The notes under the pieces: model-generated
The model's input: the letters and a program-made list of their open reading frames with translations, nothing else
What the model was told of the DNA's origin: nothing
Database searches by the model: none
Made by a program: the position numbers and the translations under genes
Part shown: one piece after another, positions 54,121 through 63,970 of the stretch
Position numbering within the stretch: position 1 is the stretch's first letter
How the letters are laid out: each line of letters starts with the position of its first letter
NCBI GenBank assembly: GCA_024400815.1
Contig: JAKSMD010000003.1
Location: 2,793-66,792, forward strand
Length of the DNA stretch: 64,000 bases
Origin: Bacteroidales bacterium
Lineage (GTDB): Bacteria; Bacteroidota; Bacteroidia; Bacteroidales; WCHB1-69
Direction of reading: 5' to 3'

Positions 54121-55479
54121 ATGACTACACAGAGTAATACAAGAGGATTCACATCCAATATCGGGGCTATTTTGGCCGCAGCCGGGGGGGCTGTCGGTTT
54201 AGGCAATATTTGGCGATTCCCCTATACCTTAGGCAATAACGGTGGTGGCGCCTTTCTGCTGGTATATGTGTTTTTTGTGCTGCTGATAGGCATTCCATTG
54301 ATGATGACGGAATTCATCATCGGTAGGCGCTCTCAGAAAGACCCTATAGGCGCATACAGAACACTCGCACCCAAACATAAAGGTTGGATGCTGATTGGCA
54401 TTTTCAATATACTGGGCGCTTTGCTTATCTATGCTTTCTATAGCGTGGTGGCCGGCTGGACGCTCAACTATGTGGTGCTATCCTGCGGGAATCAATTAGG
54501 CGGTTGTGATTCTGCAACTATTGCACAAAAATTTGCTGAGTTTACGCAGGGCTCTTTCTGGCCGTTGTTCTATCAGTTCCTGTTCTTAGTGCTCACCGCA
54601 GCCGTTGTGTTTATGGGCGTGCAGAAGGGAATCGAAAAGATGTCCAAGATTCTGATGCCTGCCTTGTTTATACTCTTGATTTTAATGTGCGTGCGCTCTT
54701 TGACGTTAGGCGACGGCGTGCGCAATGGCCTGAACTTCCTTTTTAAACCGGACTTTAGCAAAATTGATGGTCACTGCTTGCTTTCTGCTTTAGGACAATC
54801 TTTCTTCTCCTTAAGTATCGGTATGGGCGCAATGGTGACTTACGGTTCTTATATCCGCAAGGAGGACAAACTCTTCAACAGCAGTTTGTGGATTGCAGGT
54901 TGCGATTCTTTGGTGGCAATTTTGGCGGGCGTCGTAATCTTTCCGGCTGTCTTTGCTTTTGGTATGAGTCCTGCGGCGGGTCCTGAACTTGTCTACATCG
55001 TTCTCCCTAATGTCTTTAACAGTATGCCCGGTGGTGCGATTTTCGCCGTTGTTTTCTTCTTGCTTTTGACGATTGCCGCACTTACTTCAACAATCTCTCT
55101 GTTGGAAATCTTGGTGGCTACGCTAGTGGAAGAGTTCCATTGGAAACGAAGCGTTGCTGCGGTTGTCAGCTCGCTCGTTGTTTTTACAGTAGGCGCTTTC
55201 TGTACCCTCTCTTTTGGCCCACTTAAAGATGTTCAGATACACGGTTTTACCATTTTCGATTTGTTCGATAGGCTGACAGCTTCCTATCTGATGCCGATTG
55301 GCGCTTTGGCTATGACCATATTCTTGGGCTGGTTCTTCCCGAAAGCTGAAGTGCGCGATGAACTTTCTAATGGCGGCACTCTCAAGGTTAAAGCTTTTGA
55401 TGTTTACTATTTTATCTTGAGATATGTGGCTCCCATTGCGTTGATTATTATTTTGGTATCAGGTCTTATTGGAAAATGA
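54121..55479 (+). CDS. Sodium-dependent transporter, neurotransmitter:sodium symporter (SNF) family
   Basis: AAGGAVGLGNIWRFPY N-terminal signature and ~11-12 TMs. Confidence 0.9.
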   Translation: MTTQSNTRGFTSNIGAILAAAGGAVGLGNIWRFPYTLGNNGGGAFLLVYVFFVLLIGIPLMMTEFIIGRRSQKDPIGAYRTLAPKHKGWMLIGIFNILGALLIYAFYSVVAGWTLNYVVLSCGNQLGGCDSATIAQKFAEFTQGSFWPLFYQFLFLVLTAAVVFMGVQKGIEKMSKILMPALFILLILMCVRSLTLGDGVRNGLNFLFKPDFSKIDGHCLLSALGQSFFSLSIGMGAMVTYGSYIRKEDKLFNSSLWIAGCDSLVAILAGVVIFPAVFAFGMSPAAGPELVYIVLPNVFNSMPGGAIFAVVFFLLLTIAALTSTISLLEILVATLVEEFHWKRSVAAVVSSLVVFTVGAFCTLSFGPLKDVQIHGFTIFDLFDRLTASYLMPIGALAMTIFLGWFFPKAEVRDELSNGGTLKVKAFDVYYFILRYVAPIALIIILVSGLIGK

Positions 55480-57308
55480 TGAAACAGTTATTATTAGGAG
55501 TTATGCTGATGCTGACTTGGTCATTGTCAGCTCAGGACGAGAAGGTTACCTTTTCGCAAAAGGGTGGTTCTTATCCAAGTGCATTTACATTGTCACTTAG
55601 TTGCGAACAACCGGAACATCAGATTCGCTATACGCTTAATGGAAATACGCCAACCGCTCAATCGAGGCTATATACTCAACCGATGACATTGAGTCGCGAA
55701 CTCTATTCCTCATCGAACATTTATAAAATACAAATCTCTCCAGAAGAATATTTCACTTGCCCAGATTCAGTGCGAAAGGCAATTGTTATACGCGCGGCAG
55801 TTTTTGATGTCCAAGGTAATTGTGTGAGTGATGTGGCAACGAATTCTTATTTTATCCATGCATTGGATTGCAATTTCAACCAGTTGCCTGTGGTTTCTAT
55901 TTGCGCGGATTCTATGGCGTTGTTTTCCTATGATACAGGTATTTTTGTTCCTGGGGCCAGTTGGAGCAGTGATGATCCAGAATGGTCTGGAAATTATAAT
56001 TTTTCCGGAAATGAATGGGAACGTCTTATCAACGTGGAGTATTATACCCCAGAAAATGAAGGATTCAATCAGTTGGCTGGATTGCGTACCCATGGAGGCA
56101 GACAATCTCGTTACGGTACGCAAAAAGGCATCAAATTGTATGCCCGCGCTGAATATGGCGAGAAAAACTTCAAGTATAAGATTTTCGATGAACTGAGCAA
56201 TGAAAAATACAAACGCTTGGTGCTGAAACCCTTCTCCAGTCCTTGGACTGATGCGGGGGTTCAAGATTGGTTGGCAGGACATGTTGCGCGCCAGTTGGAT
56301 GTGGATGCTGTGGCCAGCCGACCGGTTGTCCTCTTTATCAATGGCGAGTATTGGGGCATCTACTTCTTGCAAGAAAAGACTGACGAACGCTATTTGGAAA
56401 ATCATTATGATGTGGATCCAGATGATGTTGTGGTTATTGGCGATTGGAGCGGCACTGCGGATAATGGCGATAATGGCACTTTTCTGAATCTTTTCCATTG
56501 GATGGAATCTGCCGATATGACGCAAGAAACGGATTTTGCGTATGCGGAAGAACAGATTGATATGAATGATTTTATCGATTATATGATATTTGAGCTCTTC
56601 TCCGCCAATCGCGATTGGCCAGCGAATAATATGCGCTGTTGGCAGTATGAGATGTCGCCTTGGCGTTGGCTGCTTTATGATGGCGATGCCTGTTTCTCCG
56701 ATTTGGAGTTTGACTCGTATGCCAATGCCACTTATGTTGGCGAAGAACAATGGCCTTCCTCCAGCAATGCAACGCTCTTTTTTAGGAAATTGATAGAAAA
56801 TGATACCTTCCAGCAACGATTTATCCATCGTGTGTTTGAACTTTCCCAAACGTGCTTTTCTTATCCGGCAACCAGTTTATACCTTGATAAAATATACAAT
56901 ATTATATATACTGAAATCGAACAGCAGTCGAAGCGATTTGGCGTTCCTACGAGTAAGCAAAGTTGGCAAAACTATATGCAGCAATTGTCTGATTTTTTGA
57001 AAAAACGCCCTGAACAATTTGTCCAACAAACGATAGATTTTTTCCAATTGCAGAATTCTTTGGATAAAATAAATATCCAATGCTCACCGAATCCAATCTA
57101 TGCTGGCACGGAATGGAGGCTTAAATTCCATACAGAAGATTTTGGTATTGCCCAGCTTCATGTTTTTGATATCTATGGTAAATGTGTTTTCACTTCTCCT
57201 ATTTTTTATGACAAAGGTGATAATATGTTGACTATAAATCCAAAATTGGCAATTGGAACGTATCTTGTTAGAATAGGAAATTCGAGTATTAAAGTCATTG
57301 TACGATAG
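55476..57308 (+). CDS. CotH kinase family protein with a T9SS C-terminal domain
   Basis: Signal peptide, then a CotH-like core (LRTHGGRQSRYGTQKGIKLYA, LKPFSSPWTDAGVQDWLAGHVAR, INGEYWGIYFLQEKTDERYLENHY, DRDWPANNMRCW, LYDGDACF). The C-terminal ~80 aa resemble a CTD (CSPNPIYAG...GTYLVRIGNSSIKVIVR). ATGA overlap with the transporter stop. Confidence 0.75.
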   Translation: MMKQLLLGVMLMLTWSLSAQDEKVTFSQKGGSYPSAFTLSLSCEQPEHQIRYTLNGNTPTAQSRLYTQPMTLSRELYSSSNIYKIQISPEEYFTCPDSVRKAIVIRAAVFDVQGNCVSDVATNSYFIHALDCNFNQLPVVSICADSMALFSYDTGIFVPGASWSSDDPEWSGNYNFSGNEWERLINVEYYTPENEGFNQLAGLRTHGGRQSRYGTQKGIKLYARAEYGEKNFKYKIFDELSNEKYKRLVLKPFSSPWTDAGVQDWLAGHVARQLDVDAVASRPVVLFINGEYWGIYFLQEKTDERYLENHYDVDPDDVVVIGDWSGTADNGDNGTFLNLFHWMESADMTQETDFAYAEEQIDMNDFIDYMIFELFSANRDWPANNMRCWQYEMSPWRWLLYDGDACFSDLEFDSYANATYVGEEQWPSSSNATLFFRKLIENDTFQQRFIHRVFELSQTCFSYPATSLYLDKIYNIIYTEIEQQSKRFGVPTSKQSWQNYMQQLSDFLKKRPEQFVQQTIDFFQLQNSLDKINIQCSPNPIYAGTEWRLKFHTEDFGIAQLHVFDIYGKCVFTSPIFYDKGDNMLTINPKLAIGTYLVRIGNSSIKVIVR

Positions 57309-57374
57309 GCATTGTACAAAAGAGTTTCCGGTTGAAGATTTGACTTGGATAGTCTAAAAGCCGGGATTTTCATG

Positions 57375-57382
57375 TATGTTTG
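57375..57382 (+). promoter_or_regulatory. Candidate -7 box for truA (TATGTTTG, followed by CCAC)
   Basis: Matches TAnnTTTG and lies 19 nt upstream of the ATG at 57402. Confidence 0.5.
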
Positions 57383-57401
57383 CCACTTTATTTTTAGACA
57401 T

Positions 57402-58175
57402 ATGCGGTACTTTATACACTTGGCATACAACGGCGCACCCTATTTCGGTTGGCAAATCCAACCGGCTCATATCTCTGTGCAGGAGGTCCTCGAAAAATGT
57501 CTGTCGCTGATGCTCCATCAGGAAAGAATTCCGATTACGGGCTGTGGTCGAACCGATACTGGGGTACATGCTTCTTCTTATTATGCGCATTTTGATGTTG
57601 ATATGGAGTTTACAGAAGAAAAATGCCAACAACTGACTGACCAACTCAACAATTTCTTGCCGAAAGATATTGTGATTTATAAAATATTTGCAGTTAAGCC
57701 AGAAGCACATGCACGCTTTGATGCGCAAATTCGAACTTACCAATATTTCATTGCCACCCGCAAAAATCCATTCAACTATACACAACGCCATTTTAGTTTC
57801 CGCCAATTGGATGTGGAAAAAATGAATGAAGCTTCCGCCCTACTACTGAAAAATGAGGATTTTACCAGTTTTTCAAAAGTGCATACGCAGGTGAATAACT
57901 TTATTTGCCATGTGACGGAAGCGCACTGGACTCAACAGGGCGATGATTTGGTGTTCACCATTACGGCTAATCGATTTTTGCGAAATATGGTAAGAGCCAT
58001 TGTTGGCACTTTACTGGATGTTGGATTGCATAAAATTTCGATTGATGATTTTCAAAATATTATAAATCAAAAAGATAGGTGTGAAGCTGGAACTTCTGCG
58101 CCGGCGGGGGCACTATTTTTAACGGATGTTCGTTATAACTGGAATGAAATTATTTTGCAATATGATGAAAAATAA
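57402..58175 (+). CDS. truA: tRNA pseudouridine(38-40) synthase
   Basis: MRYFIHLAYNGAPYFGWQIQ start, the catalytic GCGRTDTGVHA, and a FLRNMVRAIVGTL motif. Confidence 0.93.
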   Translation: MRYFIHLAYNGAPYFGWQIQPAHISVQEVLEKCLSLMLHQERIPITGCGRTDTGVHASSYYAHFDVDMEFTEEKCQQLTDQLNNFLPKDIVIYKIFAVKPEAHARFDAQIRTYQYFIATRKNPFNYTQRHFSFRQLDVEKMNEASALLLKNEDFTSFSKVHTQVNNFICHVTEAHWTQQGDDLVFTITANRFLRNMVRAIVGTLLDVGLHKISIDDFQNIINQKDRCEAGTSAPAGALFLTDVRYNWNEIILQYDEK

Positions 58176-59652
58176 AATACAACTCTTTTGGACGCTTTGC
58201 GCTTGGGTTTGTGTGTGGATGTTTTTTACAGTAACAACGACAAGTTGTGATCCTCATGGCTTCAATGATGATGCCCAACTGGTGTTTTCAACGGACACTC
58301 TGATGTTTGATACGGTGTTTACTACCACAACTTCTATCACACGCAATTTTACTGTGACCAACCCTACGGCGGATCCTGTCAAGTTGGATATATATCTTGC
58401 TGGTGGCAATCAATCCTATTATAGTATCAATGTGGATGGCGTGGCAGGCACAGAATTTCACGATGTGGAAATTGCGCCGCACGATAGTGTCTTTGTCTTT
58501 GTGAAGGTAACCATCAATCCGACGAACCAAAATAATCCATATTTGGTGACAGATTCGGTTGTTTTCCGTAATAAGGAGCGCCAGCAAGCTGTACAATTGG
58601 TTGCTTTCGGGCAAGATGCGCATTTCATCATTCCGGATCACTTGACTTCTTCTATGCATTATAAAATAGTAGCCCATGAGCATGAAGATATCCATTGGAC
58701 CAATGACAAACCGTGGGTGATTTACGGATGGGCGGTTGTGGACTCGTTAGGCAAACTTACCATCGACCCTGGAACGCGTGTGTATGTGCATAGTGGTGGC
58801 GGCATTTGGGTGTATCGTTATGGCAATATTCAAGTCAATGGCACGGCAGATCAGCCTGTCTATTTTGCGGGCGATCGCTTGGAGTCTTTTTATGCCACCG
58901 ATTATGCGCAATGGGATCGCATATGGATAAATGAAGGCTCGCAAGACAATGTCATCCGTAATGCTGTAATTACCAATGCGGCGATAGGTCTGCAAGTTTC
59001 TGCACTGGAAGAGTATCTGTCGAATAAAACCATTGTGTCGAATACAATCATTCAGAATAATAAAAATATTGGGGTTTTGGCCCGTGCTGCTAATTTGGAG
59101 ATGACGAATTGTCAAATCAGCAACAATGGTGAATATAGTATGGCTCTCCAAGTGGGCGACTTTAAACTCAATCATCTTACAGTAGCCAATTATTTTTCAC
59201 AATCTCCACGCAAAAATCCTGCGGTGCTGTTGACCAATTATTATCAAACTACGGAAGTCAATGCGGCAGGAGAGTATGAGAATGTTTATTTGGTGGGCGA
59301 AACTAATTTGGAATGCAATAACAGCATTATTTATGGTTATAATCAAAGAGAATTTATGGTCTCCACTACAGAAGGAGCCAATTGCGATTATACGCTGCGA
59401 AACTGTTTAGTACGTCGTGATACGATGAATAATCACTACATCAATTGTTTCAATCGTGACCCACAGTTTGTCGCAGAGTCTTTGCAGGACTATAATTTGA
59501 AGGAGGAATCGCCAGCTATAGATGCGGGTATGAGTGGTTTGGGCATTACAACGGATTTGCTGGGCAGAATGCGTAATGGTTTGCCAGATTTGGGCGCCTA
59601 CGAATATTATCCTGCTCCATCAGAAAAGAGACATTTGGTTTATCGCCGATAG
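58162..59652 (+). CDS. Lipoprotein with right-handed parallel beta-helix repeats
   Basis: Lipobox-like TTTSC after an N-terminal hydrophobic segment. An Ig-like N-terminal region is followed by repeated N-x-[IV]-I-x-N-[NA] turns (NAVITNAAIGLQV, NTIIQNNKNIGVLA, NCQISNNGEYSMAL). The ATG at 58162 overlaps the truA 3' end by 14 nt. Confidence 0.5.
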   Translation: MMKNKIQLFWTLCAWVCVWMFFTVTTTSCDPHGFNDDAQLVFSTDTLMFDTVFTTTTSITRNFTVTNPTADPVKLDIYLAGGNQSYYSINVDGVAGTEFHDVEIAPHDSVFVFVKVTINPTNQNNPYLVTDSVVFRNKERQQAVQLVAFGQDAHFIIPDHLTSSMHYKIVAHEHEDIHWTNDKPWVIYGWAVVDSLGKLTIDPGTRVYVHSGGGIWVYRYGNIQVNGTADQPVYFAGDRLESFYATDYAQWDRIWINEGSQDNVIRNAVITNAAIGLQVSALEEYLSNKTIVSNTIIQNNKNIGVLARAANLEMTNCQISNNGEYSMALQVGDFKLNHLTVANYFSQSPRKNPAVLLTNYYQTTEVNAAGEYENVYLVGETNLECNNSIIYGYNQREFMVSTTEGANCDYTLRNCLVRRDTMNNHYINCFNRDPQFVAESLQDYNLKEESPAIDAGMSGLGITTDLLGRMRNGLPDLGAYEYYPAPSEKRHLVYRR

Positions 59653-59654
59653 CG

Positions 59655-60236
59655 TTATTTCTTTAACCATTCTGGATGAGCGTAGGGTTCGCGGTCTTCT
59701 AAATTGAAGCCCCCCTTATGAGTGCCCTGCATTCCATAATAGTATTTTTCAATTTCTGCCAAATCGGCTTCGTAGTTTCCGGTAGGATAAAACATGGCCC
59801 CGACGCCTAATGTCCGACTGCGAAAATCTATGTGGCTGAGTCCAATGGGAACACCTGCCATCATGGCGATTTCGTAAAAACCGCGCTTCCATTTATCCAC
59901 TCTTTTACGAGTGCCTTCTGGACAAATGATATAGGCGATTTCATCACTTTCTTTGATGAGGTTTACTGAAAACTTGACGAAATTTCGGGCATGTTCTCTA
60001 TCTACAGGAACCATGCCGACACGTTTCATGGCTTTTGCTATGGGGAACACAAAAAGTTCTTTTTTCATGATAAGTGCCATTTTCAAGTTTAATAATCGAA
60101 TCATCAAAAATCCTAAGAAAAAATCTCGAATGCCTGTATGTGGTGCCATGATGATGACACATTTTTTTTCTTCTATAGGTCGCAAACCAACAGGTTTGAA
60201 GCGACAAAGTCTTAATATGAATTCGGAAAGTCTCAT
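59655..60236 (-). CDS. Lysophospholipid (1-acyl-sn-glycerol-3-phosphate-type) acyltransferase family protein
   Basis: H-x4-D motif (APHTGIRDF) and a CPEGTRKR motif. 193 aa. Confidence 0.7.
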   Translation of the reverse strand: MRLSEFILRLCRFKPVGLRPIEEKKCVIIMAPHTGIRDFFLGFLMIRLLNLKMALIMKKELFVFPIAKAMKRVGMVPVDREHARNFVKFSVNLIKESDEIAYIICPEGTRKRVDKWKRGFYEIAMMAGVPIGLSHIDFRSRTLGVGAMFYPTGNYEADLAEIEKYYYGMQGTHKGGFNLEDREPYAHPEWLKK

Positions 60237-60239
60237 AGC

Positions 60240-61142
60240 TTAGTTTTCAATGGTGATGTTAGAATTACCAAAATTTATTTGTATTGGACAACCCATGCGC
60301 AAGGCACGATTGTCGGCTAAATGTCCGGCCGGGAAATTGAATACAATAGGAAAATCGTATGGGCGGCAGTGCTCAGCTACGATTTCTTCAGCAGTTTTGC
60401 CAAAGGGAATGGTGTTATCGTGCATGTCGCTGAGGTGACCGACCAATAATCCGGCAAGATGTTCGAACTTGCCGTTGCGAACGATGTTTTCCATCATTCT
60501 ATCGATGTGGTAGAGATATTCATCCAAGTCTTCAATGAAGAGCACTTTGCCCGTGGTGTCAATGTCGGATGGTGACCCCAATAGCGAATAGAGCATGGAA
60601 AGATTTCCACCGATTACGGGGGCCGTGACATTGCCGGGACGGTTGAATGGATGGGCAGGAATAGGGTACTGCAGTGGTTCGCCTTTCAGTGCCGCAATTA
60701 GCGATTGTGTGGCGGTAGAGTGCAGATTTTCCATTTTCACATTGATGGGCATCGTCGCATGGAGCGTGGCAATTTCATAATTTTTGTTAATATGAGAATG
60801 GAAGACGGTGACATCGCTATATCCGACAATCCATTTGGGCCGTTTGCAAAAGGCGGAAAAGTCTAAGCGGTCAATGATGCGAACAGAACCGTAACCGCCG
60901 CGAGCACACCATATGGCTTTGATTTCTGGGTTGTCGAGCAGATCTTGTATATATCCTGCTCGGAAATCTTCATTGCCTGCAAATTGATGGCATTCGGCAA
61001 AAAGGCGGTCATCGTAATAAACCTTAAAACCGGATTCCTGTAGCAACATTTCTGCTGCCGCAATTTCGTTTTTGGAAATTTTGCGGGCAGGTGCGGCAAT
61101 CGCAATGGTGTCGCCAGTTTGCAAGTGTTCGGGGATTATCAT
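60240..61142 (-). CDS. LD-carboxypeptidase (peptidase S66, LdcA-like)
   Basis: IAIAAPARKI N terminus, a GGYGS block, the nucleophile context VGYSDVT, and C-terminal FPAGH. Confidence 0.8.
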   Translation of the reverse strand: MIIPEHLQTGDTIAIAAPARKISKNEIAAAEMLLQESGFKVYYDDRLFAECHQFAGNEDFRAGYIQDLLDNPEIKAIWCARGGYGSVRIIDRLDFSAFCKRPKWIVGYSDVTVFHSHINKNYEIATLHATMPINVKMENLHSTATQSLIAALKGEPLQYPIPAHPFNRPGNVTAPVIGGNLSMLYSLLGSPSDIDTTGKVLFIEDLDEYLYHIDRMMENIVRNGKFEHLAGLLVGHLSDMHDNTIPFGKTAEEIVAEHCRPYDFPIVFNFPAGHLADNRALRMGCPIQINFGNSNITIEN

Positions 61143-61993
61143 AATTCAATATGGTTGCGTTCAAGTGCCTGTAAGGTGATTTTACGCAAGAGTTCTCGTT
61201 CGGCAATGTTGTTGTAGAAACGTTTTTTATGTTTTTTAACTTTCTTCTTTTTAAAATAGCAGCCCGTGACGCCTTCGAATTCGGGATTCAGTGCGGCGGC
61301 TAACATGGTGGCGGCGCCTTCTTCAGGGGTGTTGATGAGCGGACGGAAGAACCAGTCGCAAAGCTTGTCCACGACGATGTTGCCTTGGCGGATGATGCCG
61401 GTGCTGACGATGTCGGGGTCTGCTACATTGATGCAGATTCCGCGTTTTTTCCACGCTTCAGCAGCATCCAGCATGAAGTAGTAGAGCGCGCGTTTGGAAT
61501 TGCCGTAGGTGGTGAAACGATTGAACTTTTTATCGCTGGTCTCAGAAAGGAAATCGTCTTTGATTTTGCCTACAGCGTAGGCAATGGAGACCATGCTGAC
61601 CACGCGCGTGCCTTGCCCCATGATGGGCAGCAGGGCATGGGTGAGCGTGTAGTGCCCGAGATAGTTGACGGCAGCGGTGTATTCTACTCCGTTGACGCTG
61701 TTTTTGCCCTTATGGCAGAGAACACCAGCGTTGTTTAACAGAATTTGCAGAGATGAAAAACGCTGTTTTACCTCATTGGCAAAACGAATGATGTCTTGCA
61801 AATTGCCTAAATCCACTTGCATAAAATGAAGTTCTGCATTTGTTTCTGCTTTGATTTTGTCGTAGGTGCTTTGGGCGATTTTCGTGTCGTAGCAAGCCAT
61901 GATTACTTCGTAACCAGCTTTGGCGAGCGTGAGGGTGTGAATGGTGCCCATGCCGCCGTCGGCTCCTGTGACGAGTGCAATTCCTTTACTCAT
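61139..61993 (-). CDS. Short-chain dehydrogenase/reductase (SDR) family oxidoreductase
   Basis: VTGADGGMG (TGxxxGxG) and YGNSK (YxxxK). 4-nt overlap with the LD-carboxypeptidase start. Confidence 0.8.
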   Translation of the reverse strand: MSKGIALVTGADGGMGTIHTLTLAKAGYEVIMACYDTKIAQSTYDKIKAETNAELHFMQVDLGNLQDIIRFANEVKQRFSSLQILLNNAGVLCHKGKNSVNGVEYTAAVNYLGHYTLTHALLPIMGQGTRVVSMVSIAYAVGKIKDDFLSETSDKKFNRFTTYGNSKRALYYFMLDAAEAWKKRGICINVADPDIVSTGIIRQGNIVVDKLCDWFFRPLINTPEEGAATMLAAALNPEFEGVTGCYFKKKKVKKHKKRFYNNIAERELLRKITLQALERNHIEL

Positions 61994-61994
61994 A

Positions 61995-63806
61995 TTATTT
62001 CTTTATTGCTTCTTCCTTTTGCTCTTTGTTGTCGTAATTGTATATTTCACGGCACAACTTCTCGTATTTCTTTATGATGGCTGCACGGCGCAGTTTTAAG
62101 GTCTGGGATAGCTCTCCCGTTTGCGGTGACCAAACATCGCTGACGATGCGTATGCGGTGAATCTTTTCGTGCTCTGCCAAATTTTTATTGATTTCTTCGA
62201 CTTCTTGCTGGACCCGTTTCAAAACTTCCGGATAAGTGACGATTTCGTCATTGTTTTCAAAATGGATTTTGTGCTTTGCACACCAGAAATGCATGGTGTC
62301 GAAGTCGGGAACAATAATTGCAGATGCAAATTTCTCATTGGCGCCAATGACAATACAGTTATCAATAAATGTAGATTCGCGTAACTTGTTTTCCAATACT
62401 TGCGGTGCGATGTATTTTCCTGTGGATAGCTTGAAAATCTCCTTTTTACGGTCTGTGATTTTCAAATATTTGCCCTCAACCATAGTGCCGATGTCGCCGG
62501 TGTGGAACCATCCATCAGCGTCAATAACTTGCTTGGTGTATTCCGGATCTTTATAGTAACCCATCATCAAGCAATCGCCTTTGGTAAGGATTTCACCATC
62601 GTCGGCGAGTTTGAATTCCACGCAGGACATAATCTCGCCCACCGTGCCGATGTGGAAAATATCTTTGATAGGGTTGTTGACCGCGATGACAGGAGAGGTT
62701 TCGGTCATGCCGTAGCCTTCAAATACACGAAGTTTGGCAGCGGAGAAAAGTCGTATGATGCGCTCTTGGATAGAAGATCCGCCGGAAACAATGACCATAG
62801 GGTTCCCGCCGAATGCTTCTCGCCATTTGGAGTAAACCAAGTAGTCAGCCAATTGAATTTTCTTAAGGTAGAACCAATTGTGATTGTAATATTCGAATTG
62901 TGTGGCCAAACGGAAGGCCCAAAAACAGATGTGCTTTTTCAAACCCTGCATATCCGTGCCGGCCGCGTAAAGTTTGTCAAACATCATCTCCAAAACACGT
63001 GGCACTGCGCAAAAACCAACCGCATGGATGTCTTTCAAATCTCGGGCAATGGTGTTCAACCCGGCTGCATAATACAAACTGGCCCCTAAAATCTGATAGT
63101 GGTAGTTTATGACGCGTTCATATACGTGGCACAACGGCAGAAAACTTAGGATGTTTCCAGTGTGGTCGTTGATTTGCATGGTGGAAAGCGTGTACGCATT
63201 GGTAACGAAGTTCTTGTGCGAAAGCATTACGCCTTTGGGCAATCCTGTAGTTCCCGAAGTGTATATGATGGTGGCTAAATCTTCTGGTTGAATTTCCTGT
63301 TTGATTTGCTCCACGACGGGCATCCATTTCTCGCGGTTGTCGCGTCCTAATTGAACCAATTCGTTGAATGAACGCTGCCCTTCAATGTCTGCAATGGTGA
63401 AAACCATGGGGTGGAGCTTCAAGTCTGGAATGGCCGGCGCTACACGCTTGTAAATGGATTCAATGCCAATGACGATACATTTCGCATCGGAATGATTTAG
63501 GATAAAACGATAGTCATCAGCATTAAGGGACGGATATACGGGAACATGTACCATGCCGGCCATCATAATGCCCATGTCCATGAAATTCCATGCCGGTCTG
63601 TTGTTCATGATGGTGACAATTTTGTCGCCACGCTGAAAACCGAGCTCTAGTAGAGCACAAGAAATGGAATGAGAGATCTCAATGTATTCATCAACACTGT
63701 ATTTGCGCCATTTGCCGTTTTGTTTGCCGCAAAGAATATCGTTTTTTCTATATTTTTCTTTAAGATTGTCAAGAATGTCAAATAGTCTGGTTATTTTCAT
63801 AAGCAT
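61995..63806 (-). CDS. AMP-dependent synthetase/ligase, long-chain acyl-CoA synthetase-like
   Basis: IIYTSGTTGLPKGVMLSH AMP-binding motif, GYGMTET, TGDIG and a TLKLRR tail. The start could equally be the ATG at 63800. Confidence 0.85.
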   Translation of the reverse strand: MLMKITRLFDILDNLKEKYRKNDILCGKQNGKWRKYSVDEYIEISHSISCALLELGFQRGDKIVTIMNNRPAWNFMDMGIMMAGMVHVPVYPSLNADDYRFILNHSDAKCIVIGIESIYKRVAPAIPDLKLHPMVFTIADIEGQRSFNELVQLGRDNREKWMPVVEQIKQEIQPEDLATIIYTSGTTGLPKGVMLSHKNFVTNAYTLSTMQINDHTGNILSFLPLCHVYERVINYHYQILGASLYYAAGLNTIARDLKDIHAVGFCAVPRVLEMMFDKLYAAGTDMQGLKKHICFWAFRLATQFEYYNHNWFYLKKIQLADYLVYSKWREAFGGNPMVIVSGGSSIQERIIRLFSAAKLRVFEGYGMTETSPVIAVNNPIKDIFHIGTVGEIMSCVEFKLADDGEILTKGDCLMMGYYKDPEYTKQVIDADGWFHTGDIGTMVEGKYLKITDRKKEIFKLSTGKYIAPQVLENKLRESTFIDNCIVIGANEKFASAIIVPDFDTMHFWCAKHKIHFENNDEIVTYPEVLKRVQQEVEEINKNLAEHEKIHRIRIVSDVWSPQTGELSQTLKLRRAAIIKKYEKLCREIYNYDNKEQKEEAIKK

Positions 63807-63828
63807 ATATTTTTAACCAAAAACGCTG

Positions 63829-63836
63829 CAAAAATA
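63829..63836 (-). promoter_or_regulatory. Candidate -7 box for the acyl-CoA ligase operon (TATTTTTG, followed by CAGCG)
   Basis: The reverse complement of CAAAAATA matches TAnnTTTG. It lies ~23 nt upstream of the start. Confidence 0.55.
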
Positions 63837-63962
63837 CAAAATTTCAATTATTGTTGTGCCCCGCCAATCTTGCGATTCACCTAATAGATATCCAGTAGGT
63901 CCTGATTTTGACCCGAAAGTTATTTATATTCTTTTTGTTGTCATAAAGTCGGAATTTTTATT

Positions 63963-63970
63963 TATGTTTG
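63963..63970 (+). promoter_or_regulatory. Candidate -7 box (TATGTTTG, followed by CCGCC) for a gene starting at the window edge
   Basis: Matches TAnnTTTG. An ATG at 63995 begins an ORF cut off by the end of the window. Confidence 0.5.
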
